Under the pieces are notes generated by a model. The model worked only from the letters and a program-made list of their open reading frames with translations. It had not been told where the DNA came from and made no database searches. Positions 42,058 to 50,493 of a stretch of 64,000 nucleotides of DNA are shown here, piece by piece. The stretch covers positions 5,704 through 69,703 of the forward strand of contig DASXGC010000038.1 in assembly GCA_036489235.1 (NCBI GenBank). The letters are read 5' to 3'. Numbering within the stretch: position 1 is the first letter of the stretch; each line of letters starts with the position of its first letter. The position numbers and the translations under genes were made by a program. Origin of the DNA: Vicinamibacterales bacterium. GTDB taxonomy: Bacteria; Acidobacteriota; Vicinamibacteria; Vicinamibacterales; CAVVIG01.

Positions 42058-43335
42058 CTATGGGACGTGCGCTACCCGGATCATCGACGCCGACGTGCGG
42101 CCGCTGGTCCAGACCACCACGACGCCGTCAGCCACCGGCGCCACCGCCGGATACACACCAGGCGTGCCGTTGCTGATGACCTGCGATTTGAAGGAGTGAG
42201 CGGTGCGCTCCGCCATCACGATCCGCCGCGCGCCGTCCTTCGTTTCGTCCCAGACCAATATGACGCGTTTGCCATCGACTGCGACCCGCGGATGGTGCGG
42301 CACGCCCTCGGTCGGCACTCGCACTCGCGCCGAAAACCGGAGAGCGTCGGCGGACGTTGCGTAGAAGATGCCGATGCCGGGCTCGCCGTCCGAGCCTGTG
42401 ACGAGCGTCGGCCACGCCAGGTGCACCCGATTCTGCCCGTCCACCGCCATCGCCGGTCCATCGTCTGGGCACCCCTCGAGCATCCACTGGTCCTCGCTGA
42501 CGCGAAGCGGAGGCGCGAACGTCCTGCCGCCGTCGCGCGAGACGGTGAACGCCATGTCACGGAGGTTGCCGGGATAAACATGACGCCAGGCTGCATACAA
42601 TGCACCGTCGGCGCCGGCGACCAGGGCCGTCTTGCAGCAATAGCAGACGCCGCCGGTGATCGCATGCGGCTGAAGTGAGCCGTCGACAGACGCCACGTAC
42701 AGCTTCGACTTCTGCGCCATCGCGACACCGTCGGGCTTCGCGTCAGCCGCGGCGCCATGTTCGTGATGACTCATGGCCACGGTCGAGTCCGCGGCGAGCT
42801 CGCGATGGTCGAGCCACAACGCGTCCACTCGCCCGCCGGCCTCGACGGCGGTCGCCTGCCAGCCACGATTTCCAGCCGCATCGCTGCCCGGAACGACCGC
42901 GGAGTGCGCGAAGGACTTGCCGCCATCGTCCGACCGCGACTGCAGGAGCGTCGTACCTTTGGATCCCTTCGACGTCCATACGACCGTGATCGCCGGTGGC
43001 TGACCGGCACGGGCAGTAATCGTGACCTGCGGCGCCTGTTCGGCGGTGACACGAGCGTCGCCAGCAACCGTGTTCACGCGCACCGGCGCGGCGAACACGC
43101 GTCCCGAGTCTCGACTGGTCGCTGCGTAAATGTCGGTTGCGCCATCCGGCGTTGAGGCGCTCCACACGACCGCGACGAAGGTGCCGGCGGCGGCTGTCGT
43201 CGGTGTCTGGTTGGCCCGTCCAGGCACACCGAGATCCACGAACGTCGTCGTGCCGGAGGCTGTGCCCGAGGCCGTGCCGCCAAGCGCGAGTCCGAGCACG
43301 ACAAGCGATGCATTCACCGTTCTTAGAAACTCCAT
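42058..43335 (-). CDS. secreted BNR/Asp-box (sialidase-fold) beta-propeller protein
   Basis: ORF track is over-extended by 79 codons; the start is ATG 43335 (MEFLRTVNASLVVLGLALGG). Asp-box motifs: SRDSGRVF, SDDGGKSF, SRDGGRTF. The start overlaps the TBDR stop by 13 nt. Confidence 0.8.
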   Translation of the reverse strand: MEFLRTVNASLVVLGLALGGTASGTASGTTTFVDLGVPGRANQTPTTAAAGTFVAVVWSASTPDGATDIYAATSRDSGRVFAAPVRVNTVAGDARVTAEQAPQVTITARAGQPPAITVVWTSKGSKGTTLLQSRSDDGGKSFAHSAVVPGSDAAGNRGWQATAVEAGGRVDALWLDHRELAADSTVAMSHHEHGAAADAKPDGVAMAQKSKLYVASVDGSLQPHAITGGVCYCCKTALVAGADGALYAAWRHVYPGNLRDMAFTVSRDGGRTFAPPLRVSEDQWMLEGCPDDGPAMAVDGQNRVHLAWPTLVTGSDGEPGIGIFYATSADALRFSARVRVPTEGVPHHPRVAVDGKRVILVWDETKDGARRIVMAERTAHSFKSQVISNGTPGVYPAVAPVADGVVVVWTSGRTSASMIRVAHVP

Positions 43336-46142
43336 CGGGCACCCAGTTGAAATTGGCGCATGTCGCCGACGGCAGTCACCTGCTCGAAGGTCGGTGACGG
43401 TGTCGGCGTGTTGCCAATCGTGTTGTTCACGTTGACGACGTTGACGTGGTTGAAGAGGTTGAACCCCTCGAGCATCAACTCGAGCCGGTGCGCGCCGCCG
43501 AGTGCGAGCACCCGCGAGAGGCGAACATCGAACGACGTCGTGCCGCAGACCTGGTTCAGATCGGAATAGCACGGGAACCGTCCACTGTTGCGACCTACAC
43601 CGGCTGGACGATCGTTCACGGTCGTATCGTTGTTGTTGTCGGCGCCAGTGACGATGGTGAAGGGTGCGGCGGTGGCATAGGAGTACACCCAGCCGATCTG
43701 GAACCCGGCGAGCGCTCGCCGCACCGCTGCACTGGTGCCGTCGCCAACCGTTCCGGCGATGACCAGACGCTGCCGCTGATCGTTGTCGGACGGCCCCTTG
43801 TCAGCCAGGATGTCGTTCTGGGTCTGCGGCGTCTGGAAAAACGCATTGCCCGAGTCGTCCTGCGCATTCGACAGCGTGTAAGACACGCGGGCGCGACCCC
43901 ACGGCGCGTGACGGGTGTCGAGCGACGCGGTGAAGCCATGGAACCAGGCGTCACCGAGTGCGTCGTACTGGTTGATGTTGCCATAGCGCGGATCCGGACG
44001 CCCGAGATTCGCGACGCCTAAGACCGCTGCCTGCGCCGCCGTCAAAGTGGGGACGTTTACGTTACGCGACATCAGGATGTCGTGGCCGCGCATGTAGGTG
44101 TAGCCAAACTGCGCCGACAGCGACGAGCCGATCGCGCGTTCGACCTGTAAGCCGGCCTGTTGGTTGTACTGGTTCTGCACGTTCGGGTTGATGTTGCTGA
44201 TAGAAACGAGAACGCCGGCCGGAAATACCGGGAGGACGTTCGGCCATGCAGGCGCGCCAGCCTGTCCAAACGACAACACGGCGGTTTGATAGATCGTGCC
44301 GTCGCGTTGAATGGCGTTCGAGGTCGCGCGGAGTGGGATCCGGTCGAAGTAGAGTCCGGCGCTGCCGCGAATGACGGTCTTACCATCTCCTGGCGAATAC
44401 GCCGCCCCGATTCGCGGCGAGACGTTGTTGGCGTCGAGCTGAATCGGCGCTGGCAGCCACTGCAGGTCGTAGCGAAGACCGGCGTCAATCGTGAAGTTCG
44501 ATCGCACTCGCCATTCGTCCTGAACGAACAGACCCAGATTGGGATTCGACTGCAGCAGCGAAGTGACGCCGAACGCCTGCTGGTACTGCGAATAGATTCC
44601 ACGCTGAAACGTCGCGAGCGAGGAAAACGTGTACGAGCCCTGCAGCGCGCCGGGAAAGACGATGTTGACGCGGTTGTAGAGCAGCTCGGCGCCGGTCTTG
44701 ATCAGATGTGAGCCGCGCTGCAGCGTCAGGGTATCGACGGCCTGGAATACATCGGCGTCCCTTTCCGTCGGTGACGAGGTGGCGACGCCGAAGTTGGCGA
44801 CGCCGGAGATGCTGACGGCTGGCCCGATGGTGTCGTTGACCGGCGCACCAAGCCGGCTATGCGTATACTGAGCACGCGCCTCGTTGATCGCTCCTGACGA
44901 CAGCGTTGACAGGTAGTTCACGGCACCGGTCTGATCCGTGTCATCGAGCGCGGCGCCGCGGCTGACGTCGCTCAGCCCGCCGACGTTACGCGCGTTGTCG
45001 CTGGTGACGTGGTAGAAGAGGTACCGCAGTTGGAGGTTCGCGGCCGGTGTCGCCTGATGATCGACGCGACCGAACAGGTTCGTGCTGTCGTAGCCGGTCG
45101 GAAAATTTCCAGTGGCGATGCGCGGGCCGTGGTAGCCGGCGGCGTCGAGGGCCGCGTTGACCGCTGTCACCGCGTCGGGCGCTATGGTCACCACGCCGGT
45201 GCGGTCCTGTAGCGTCTGTTCGACGTTGCCGAACCAGAAAGTTCGATTCTTCACGATCGGTCCACCCAGCGTGAAGCCGAATTGATTCTGGCTGAGCGGA
45301 TCCTTGCGCGTCGCCAGCGGATTCTGGGTATCGAACACGTCGTCGCGAAAGAACTCGTAGGCGCGTCCCTGGTAGCGATTGGTGCCCGACTGGGTGATCA
45401 CGCTGATCGTCCCGCTCGAGGCGCGGCCGAATTCGGCGCCGCCGCCGGCCGTCACCACTTCGAACTCGCGGACGACTTCCTGACTCAGCGAGACCCCGGC
45501 AAGATCGGCGGCATCGTCGTTCGCGGACAGGCCGTCGAGCACGAAGTTGTTGTTCAAGTTGCGCTGACCGGCCACCGAGACGCCGGTGCCGGCCACCGCC
45601 GATGTTTCGGCGAACCGGTCGGTGGTTTTCAGGTTCGTCCGCGACACGTTCGGCGCCAGCAGCGCGAGGTCCAGATAGTTACGCCCGTTGAGTGGAAGAC
45701 TGTTGACCTCTCCCGGCGTGATCGTCGATGCCATTTCCGTGCGACGTGCCTCCACCAGCGGCGCGGGCGCCGCCACCTGAACGGACTCGGCCACCGCCGC
45801 GGGCTTGAGCACGATCGGCACGTCCACCTGATCCCGAACGGCCAGCGTCAGGCCGGCATTGGTGGTGCCAAATCCACTCAACTGAACCGACAGGTGGTAA
45901 TCGCCTGGCGGGAGGTACGAGAGGCGAAACTGGCCCTTTGCATCGGTCACCGTCTGCCAGGTCTGGTTGGTCGCGTGATTCCTGATTTCGACGGTCGCTC
46001 CCGGCACCACCGCGTCGCTCGAATCGCGAACAGTTCCCGTGACGCTCGCTGACGCCACGGTCTGCGTCATCGCCGGCGGTGGCGCCGCCCATATACATGC
46101 AAACGCCAGCCAGACGGCCCGCCTGCGAAGTCCTGACCACAT
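43323..46142 (-). CDS. TonB-dependent receptor with N-terminal CarboxypepD_reg domain
   Basis: Start taken at ATG 46142 (MWSGLRRRAVWLAFACIWAAPPPA). VTGTVRDSSDAVVPGATVEIRN..., a plug region (NGRNYLDLALLAPNV), and a barrel ending LGARWSF. Confidence 0.88.
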   Translation of the reverse strand: MWSGLRRRAVWLAFACIWAAPPPAMTQTVASASVTGTVRDSSDAVVPGATVEIRNHATNQTWQTVTDAKGQFRLSYLPPGDYHLSVQLSGFGTTNAGLTLAVRDQVDVPIVLKPAAVAESVQVAAPAPLVEARRTEMASTITPGEVNSLPLNGRNYLDLALLAPNVSRTNLKTTDRFAETSAVAGTGVSVAGQRNLNNNFVLDGLSANDDAADLAGVSLSQEVVREFEVVTAGGGAEFGRASSGTISVITQSGTNRYQGRAYEFFRDDVFDTQNPLATRKDPLSQNQFGFTLGGPIVKNRTFWFGNVEQTLQDRTGVVTIAPDAVTAVNAALDAAGYHGPRIATGNFPTGYDSTNLFGRVDHQATPAANLQLRYLFYHVTSDNARNVGGLSDVSRGAALDDTDQTGAVNYLSTLSSGAINEARAQYTHSRLGAPVNDTIGPAVSISGVANFGVATSSPTERDADVFQAVDTLTLQRGSHLIKTGAELLYNRVNIVFPGALQGSYTFSSLATFQRGIYSQYQQAFGVTSLLQSNPNLGLFVQDEWRVRSNFTIDAGLRYDLQWLPAPIQLDANNVSPRIGAAYSPGDGKTVIRGSAGLYFDRIPLRATSNAIQRDGTIYQTAVLSFGQAGAPAWPNVLPVFPAGVLVSISNINPNVQNQYNQQAGLQVERAIGSSLSAQFGYTYMRGHDILMSRNVNVPTLTAAQAAVLGVANLGRPDPRYGNINQYDALGDAWFHGFTASLDTRHAPWGRARVSYTLSNAQDDSGNAFFQTPQTQNDILADKGPSDNDQRQRLVIAGTVGDGTSAAVRRALAGFQIGWVYSYATAAPFTIVTGADNNNDTTVNDRPAGVGRNSGRFPCYSDLNQVCGTTSFDVRLSRVLALGGAHRLELMLEGFNLFNHVNVVNVNNTIGNTPTPSPTFEQVTAVGDMRQFQLGARWSF

Positions 46143-46240
46143 AAAAACACCTCTGGAATGCAAAACCACTGGGACCACCGGAATCCGGGCGGATCACTCC
46201 ACCCGCGACGGTCCTCGAGTCGCGTTCGTCGAACGAGGTG

Positions 46241-46636
46241 TCAGGCCTTAGGAGGGGGCGATTCGGGACGAAGGGCGCGGGCGATTGCGGACGGCGCCAT
46301 CACGGAGGTGACGCCGCGAAGTTCGAAAGCGCTTACGGTCGCCGTTGGCTCCGGCAGGACGCCGAGGCCACCGGACAGCAGCACGAGCGCTGAGTCAGAG
46401 TTGCCGCAGGCGCTCCGCATCTTGCATGTACGGACGCCTTCTTTGGTGTGATGCATCGGACACACCTGACCCGGAAGCAGACCCGGGCAGCATTTCTCTT
46501 CGTCGTCGTGCACGGAGGTTCCCGGCGCCGTCTTGCAGCAGAGCGCGAAAGGCGCGGCAGCCAGCCCCGCGGTCTGGCCGACCAGCCAGACGCAGACGAT
46601 GAAGGTGAGGCGGCGCCTCAGGAAAGCCATCGACAT
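46241..46636 (-). CDS. small Cys-rich exported/membrane protein (CC...CC...CPMHH)
   Basis: N-terminal hydrophobic segment LTFIVCVWLVGQTAGLAAA, then FALCCKTAPG...EEKCCPGLLPGQVCPMHHTKEGVRTCKMRSACG. It is the first gene of the TBDR operon. Confidence 0.6.
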   Translation of the reverse strand: MSMAFLRRRLTFIVCVWLVGQTAGLAAAPFALCCKTAPGTSVHDDEEKCCPGLLPGQVCPMHHTKEGVRTCKMRSACGNSDSALVLLSGGLGVLPEPTATVSAFELRGVTSVMAPSAIARALRPESPPPKA

Positions 46637-46662
46637 GTCCAGATTAGCACTGCTTCGCTATC

Positions 46663-47892
46663 ATGGGAGATTCCTTGCGAATTGCTTCGCGCTTGCTCGT
46701 CTGCCCTGCTCTGCTGTGCGTGATGTCCGTGGTGACGCGAGCGCAGGAGCCCGATCAGCCCCACCAGCACCATCAGATGGCGGCCGATCCGGCCGACGCC
46801 GGCGGCTGGATGGTGATGGCGGACGCCAACGTCTTTTACGGTTTCAACTACCAGGAAAGGAAGTTTGCCGACTTCTGGGCGTGGGAATCACAGAACTGGG
46901 GAATGCTTGCGGCAAGCCACTCCGCCGGCCGAGGACAGCTCACGCTCCACGGGATGTTGTCGCTCGAACCGTTCACCATCGCAAAACTCGGATCGCCGCA
47001 GGCGTTTCAGACCGGCGAGAGCTACCAGCGCGCGCCACTCGTCAACTATCAGCACCCGCACGACCTCTTCATGGACCTGGGCGGCACCTACCGGCTCCCG
47101 AGCGGCCGTGTCACTTACATCTTCGAAGCTGACCTGGTCGGCGCGCCCGCGCTCGGGCCCACCGGATTCATGCACCGCGAGTCGGCCCGTGACAACCCGG
47201 AAGCGCCACTCACTCACCACTACCTCGATTCGACACACATCTCGGCTGGAGTCGTCACCGGAGGCATCGAAATCGCGCCGTTCACGTTCGAAGTGTCGGC
47301 ATTCAAAGGCGAAGAAAACGACGATGACAACCGGCTGAATATCCAACAGCCGGCACTCGATTCGTGGTCGACCCGGGTCAGTTGGCATCGCGGACCGTGG
47401 CAGGCGCAGATGTCCGGTGGACACCTGAAGATGCCTGAGTGGTGGGAGCAGACGGACGTCGTTCGCCTGACGGCCTCGTTCGGATATGACGGCCTTGTAA
47501 AATCGCGGCCGCTCACCGTCACCGCCGCGTGGGGACAGAACCGCGAGTACACCTACGCGCCGAACGGGTATCTCCTCGAATGGGATCTGCGTGCAACCGT
47601 GACATCGACGCTCTATGGGCGGGCCGAAGCCGTGCGTAAGGAGATCTTCGGCCTGGGTCCGCACCCGCCCGGCGTGCCGATCGAACCCATCGTCTTCTCA
47701 CGCATCGCCGCGCTGACGGTCGGCTACCTCTACGACCTGCCAAAGATCTACGGTACGCGCCTCGGTATCGGCGCCGACATCACCGTCTACAACATCGACC
47801 AGCTTCTGGTGGAGTACTACGGCTCGCCGCAGTCGTACCACGTCTTCCTGCGATGGCGTCCGTCGCGCTCTTCGATGGCTCACATGCACTAG
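46663..47892 (+). CDS. hypothetical secreted beta-rich protein with His-rich termini (probable outer-membrane barrel)
   Basis: Signal peptide, then QEPDQPHQHHQM. Internal YQHPHDLFMDLGG and THHYLDSTH. The C-terminus reads SSMAHMH. Amphipathic strands alternate throughout. Confidence 0.65.
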   Translation: MGDSLRIASRLLVCPALLCVMSVVTRAQEPDQPHQHHQMAADPADAGGWMVMADANVFYGFNYQERKFADFWAWESQNWGMLAASHSAGRGQLTLHGMLSLEPFTIAKLGSPQAFQTGESYQRAPLVNYQHPHDLFMDLGGTYRLPSGRVTYIFEADLVGAPALGPTGFMHRESARDNPEAPLTHHYLDSTHISAGVVTGGIEIAPFTFEVSAFKGEENDDDNRLNIQQPALDSWSTRVSWHRGPWQAQMSGGHLKMPEWWEQTDVVRLTASFGYDGLVKSRPLTVTAAWGQNREYTYAPNGYLLEWDLRATVTSTLYGRAEAVRKEIFGLGPHPPGVPIEPIVFSRIAALTVGYLYDLPKIYGTRLGIGADITVYNIDQLLVEYYGSPQSYHVFLRWRPSRSSMAHMH

Positions 47893-47945
47893 AAAGCTGT
47901 TATGCTTGAGCACATAGAGATGGCCCTGCCAGGGGACACACGTCC

Positions 47946-49184
47946 ATGTCCATCGTCGCTTTGTCCGAACTGCTCGGCGCTTCCGTGCGCGACGCCTCAG
48001 GCGCCGTTCGCGGACGGGTGCGCGAAATCGCGATCGCCCCGCAGGACCATCCCACCCGCGTCGCGTATCTAATCGTCAAAGTCGCGGACGGCGAGCGCAC
48101 GCTCACGCCCGACGACATCACGACAGCCGGCGCGGCCGTCCGGGCCAAGACCGAGCTCAGTCACTGGGCGCAGGTACCGGCACTCGACGGCGTTCTGCTG
48201 CTCAAGCGCGACCTTCTCGATCAACAGATCATCGACATTCATGGCCGCAAAGTGGTGCGCGTCAACGACGTCGAACTGGAATCGACGCCGGTCAACAGCC
48301 ACCTGCTGCTGAACGTCGTCGCCGTCGACGTCGGCGCCCGCGGCGCGGTCCGCCGTCTCTCGAAGGGCCTCGTCCCTTCGTTCACGCTCCGAGCGTTGCT
48401 GCAGCGGATTCCACCACGGGTGATTCCGTGGGACTTCGTCGATCTGCTCGAGACCGATCCGGCGCGACGCGTCAAGCTGAAGATCGCCTATCGCGGTCTC
48501 TCGCAGATGCATCCCGCCGACATCGCCGACATCGTCGAAGATTTGGCCCCGGCGGATCGCGAAGCGGTGTTCGAGACCATCGACGAGGACGTGGCGGCGG
48601 AGACGCTCGAAGAGCTCGACTCGGACGTCCAGATCTCGGTGGTCGAATCGCTCGACAAACAACGCGCCGCCGACATCGTCGGCGAGATGGACCCCGACGC
48701 CGCCGCCGACCTGCTCGGCGAGCTGGCCGAAGAACGATCGGACGAGATTCTCGAAGAGATGGCGCCCGAGGATCGCCGCGAGGTCACCCAGCTGCTCGAA
48801 TTCGGGGAGCACACCGCCGCCGGGCGCATGACGACCGAATTCATCGTGGTCCCGGAAACGTCGGTCGTAGACGATGCGATTGAGGCGCTGAAGGCGTTCG
48901 AGGGCAGCGCCGAAGCCGTTGCGACGATCTACCTGACCGGGGCCGGTCAGAAGCTCGTAGGCGCTGTGCCGCTGGTCAAGATCGCGGTGTCGTCGCCGGC
49001 GATTCAGCTCTCCTCGCTCAGCGATCCGTACATCGCCTGCGCCCCGGACACCCCGCAGGACGAAGTCGCAGCGCTGTTCGACAAATACAACCTGATCACC
49101 CTGGCGGTTGTCGACGAGCACGGCCGCATCTCCGGCATCATCACGGCAGACGATGTGATCAGCATGTTGCGGACCGGCGATTGA
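47946..49184 (+). CDS. soluble PRC-barrel + MgtE N-domain + CBS-pair protein (MgtE cytosolic sensor module without pore)
   Basis: MHPADIADIVEDLAPADREAVFETI...EMDPDAAADLLGELAEERSDEILEEM...AAGRMTTEFIVVP... matches the MgtE N and CBS regions. There is no hydrophobic C-terminal domain. The N-terminal ~150 aa have PRC-like motifs (GRVREIAI, GRKVVRVNDVELE). Confidence 0.8.
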   Translation: MSIVALSELLGASVRDASGAVRGRVREIAIAPQDHPTRVAYLIVKVADGERTLTPDDITTAGAAVRAKTELSHWAQVPALDGVLLLKRDLLDQQIIDIHGRKVVRVNDVELESTPVNSHLLLNVVAVDVGARGAVRRLSKGLVPSFTLRALLQRIPPRVIPWDFVDLLETDPARRVKLKIAYRGLSQMHPADIADIVEDLAPADREAVFETIDEDVAAETLEELDSDVQISVVESLDKQRAADIVGEMDPDAAADLLGELAEERSDEILEEMAPEDRREVTQLLEFGEHTAAGRMTTEFIVVPETSVVDDAIEALKAFEGSAEAVATIYLTGAGQKLVGAVPLVKIAVSSPAIQLSSLSDPYIACAPDTPQDEVAALFDKYNLITLAVVDEHGRISGIITADDVISMLRTGD

Positions 49185-50434
49185 GGCCGATGAAGTTTCT
49201 CAAGAGCTGGCGGGTGCGTCTCGCCATGATTCTCGCCGTGGTCGGCCCTGGTTTCATCACCGCCAACGTCGACAACGACGCCGGCGGCATCTTCACCTAT
49301 TCCCAGGCAGGCGCGCAGTTCGGCTATTCGCTGCTGTGGACGATGATCCCAATCACCATCGCGCTGGTGGTGATCCAGGAGATGTGCGCGCGGATGGGCG
49401 CAGTCACCGGCAAGGGATTGAGCGATCTGATTCGCGAGGAGTTCGGCTTCCGGGTCACCTTCTGGCTGATGCTGGCGCTGATCGTCACGAACTTCGGCAA
49501 CGTTGTCGCCGAGTTCGCCGGCGTGGCGAGCAGCCTCGAGCTGTTCGGCATCTCGCGCTTCATCGTCGTGCCCGCGGCAGCCGTGCTGGTGTGGGTGCTG
49601 GTGGTGCGCGGCACCTACGAAAGCGTCGAGAAGATCTTTCTGGCGGCGTCGGCGTTTTACGTCTGTTACATCGTCGCCGGTCTGCTTGCACACCCCGATT
49701 GGAAAGCGGCCGCGGTTGCGACGGTCAGTCGTCCGGCCACGATCGGCATCCGCAATTACGGTTACCTGTTCATGGTGATCGGGTTAGTCGGAACCACCAT
49801 CGCGCCGTGGATGCAATTCTACCTGCAGGCGTCGATCGTCGAGAAGGGCGTGACGGCGCGACAGTACCGAACCTCGCGCTGGGACGTGATTCTCGGTTGC
49901 CTGTTCACGGACATCGTGGCGTGGTTCATCATCGTGTCGTGCGCTGCGACGCTCTATGCGGTCGGCCACAACGACATCAAGGACGCCGCCGACGCGGCGC
50001 AGGCGCTGCGGCCGCTGGCCGGCGAGTACGCGTACCTGCTGTTCGCGGCCGGGCTGTTCAACGCGTCGATTTTCGCGGCAACGATTCTGCCGATTTCCAC
50101 GTCCTACGTCGTGTGCGAGGGTCTGGGATTCGAATCAGGACTCGACAAGAAGTTTCACGAGGCGCCAGTGTTCTACTGGCTGTACACCCTGTTGATCGTC
50201 ACCGGCGCGGGGGTGCTGCTGATTCCGCGGTTTCCGCTGGTGCACGTGATGGTGTTGTCGCAAGTGGTGAACGGCGCGGTCCTGCCGTTCGTCCTGATCT
50301 TCATGCTGCTCCTCACCAATGACAAGGAGCTGATGGGCGAGCATATCAACTCACGCGCCTACAACATCGTCGCCTGGGCGACGGTGGTGCTGATGATCGT
50401 GCTGACGCTGGCGATGGTGATTACGCAGAAGTGA
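49181..50434 (+). CDS. NRAMP/SLC11-family transporter with non-canonical metal-site residues (NRMT-like, possible Mg2+ transporter)
   Basis: GPGFITANVDNDAGGIFTYSQAGAQFGYSLLW aligns with the canonical GPGF....DPGN....AG.QFGY. TM6 reads VGTTIAPWMQFYLQ where the canonical sequence is GA..MPHN.YLHS. TTG at 49181 overlaps the upstream stop; ATG at 49190 is an alternative start. Confidence 0.85.
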   Translation: MRPMKFLKSWRVRLAMILAVVGPGFITANVDNDAGGIFTYSQAGAQFGYSLLWTMIPITIALVVIQEMCARMGAVTGKGLSDLIREEFGFRVTFWLMLALIVTNFGNVVAEFAGVASSLELFGISRFIVVPAAAVLVWVLVVRGTYESVEKIFLAASAFYVCYIVAGLLAHPDWKAAAVATVSRPATIGIRNYGYLFMVIGLVGTTIAPWMQFYLQASIVEKGVTARQYRTSRWDVILGCLFTDIVAWFIIVSCAATLYAVGHNDIKDAADAAQALRPLAGEYAYLLFAAGLFNASIFAATILPISTSYVVCEGLGFESGLDKKFHEAPVFYWLYTLLIVTGAGVLLIPRFPLVHVMVLSQVVNGAVLPFVLIFMLLLTNDKELMGEHINSRAYNIVAWATVVLMIVLTLAMVITQK

Positions 50435-50493
50435 TCCTGGACGGCGACCCTAAAAAGGGTGCGCCACGGCGAGTAGGCCACTCCACTCGGCTG

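Noticed and set aside
50435-50493. Hairpin gcgaccc-taaaaa-gggtgcgc between the convergent NRAMP-like and ALDH genes as a bidirectional terminator
   Set aside because: The stem is short and has a bulge, and no U-tract follows on either strand. The evidence is not strong enough to annotate.
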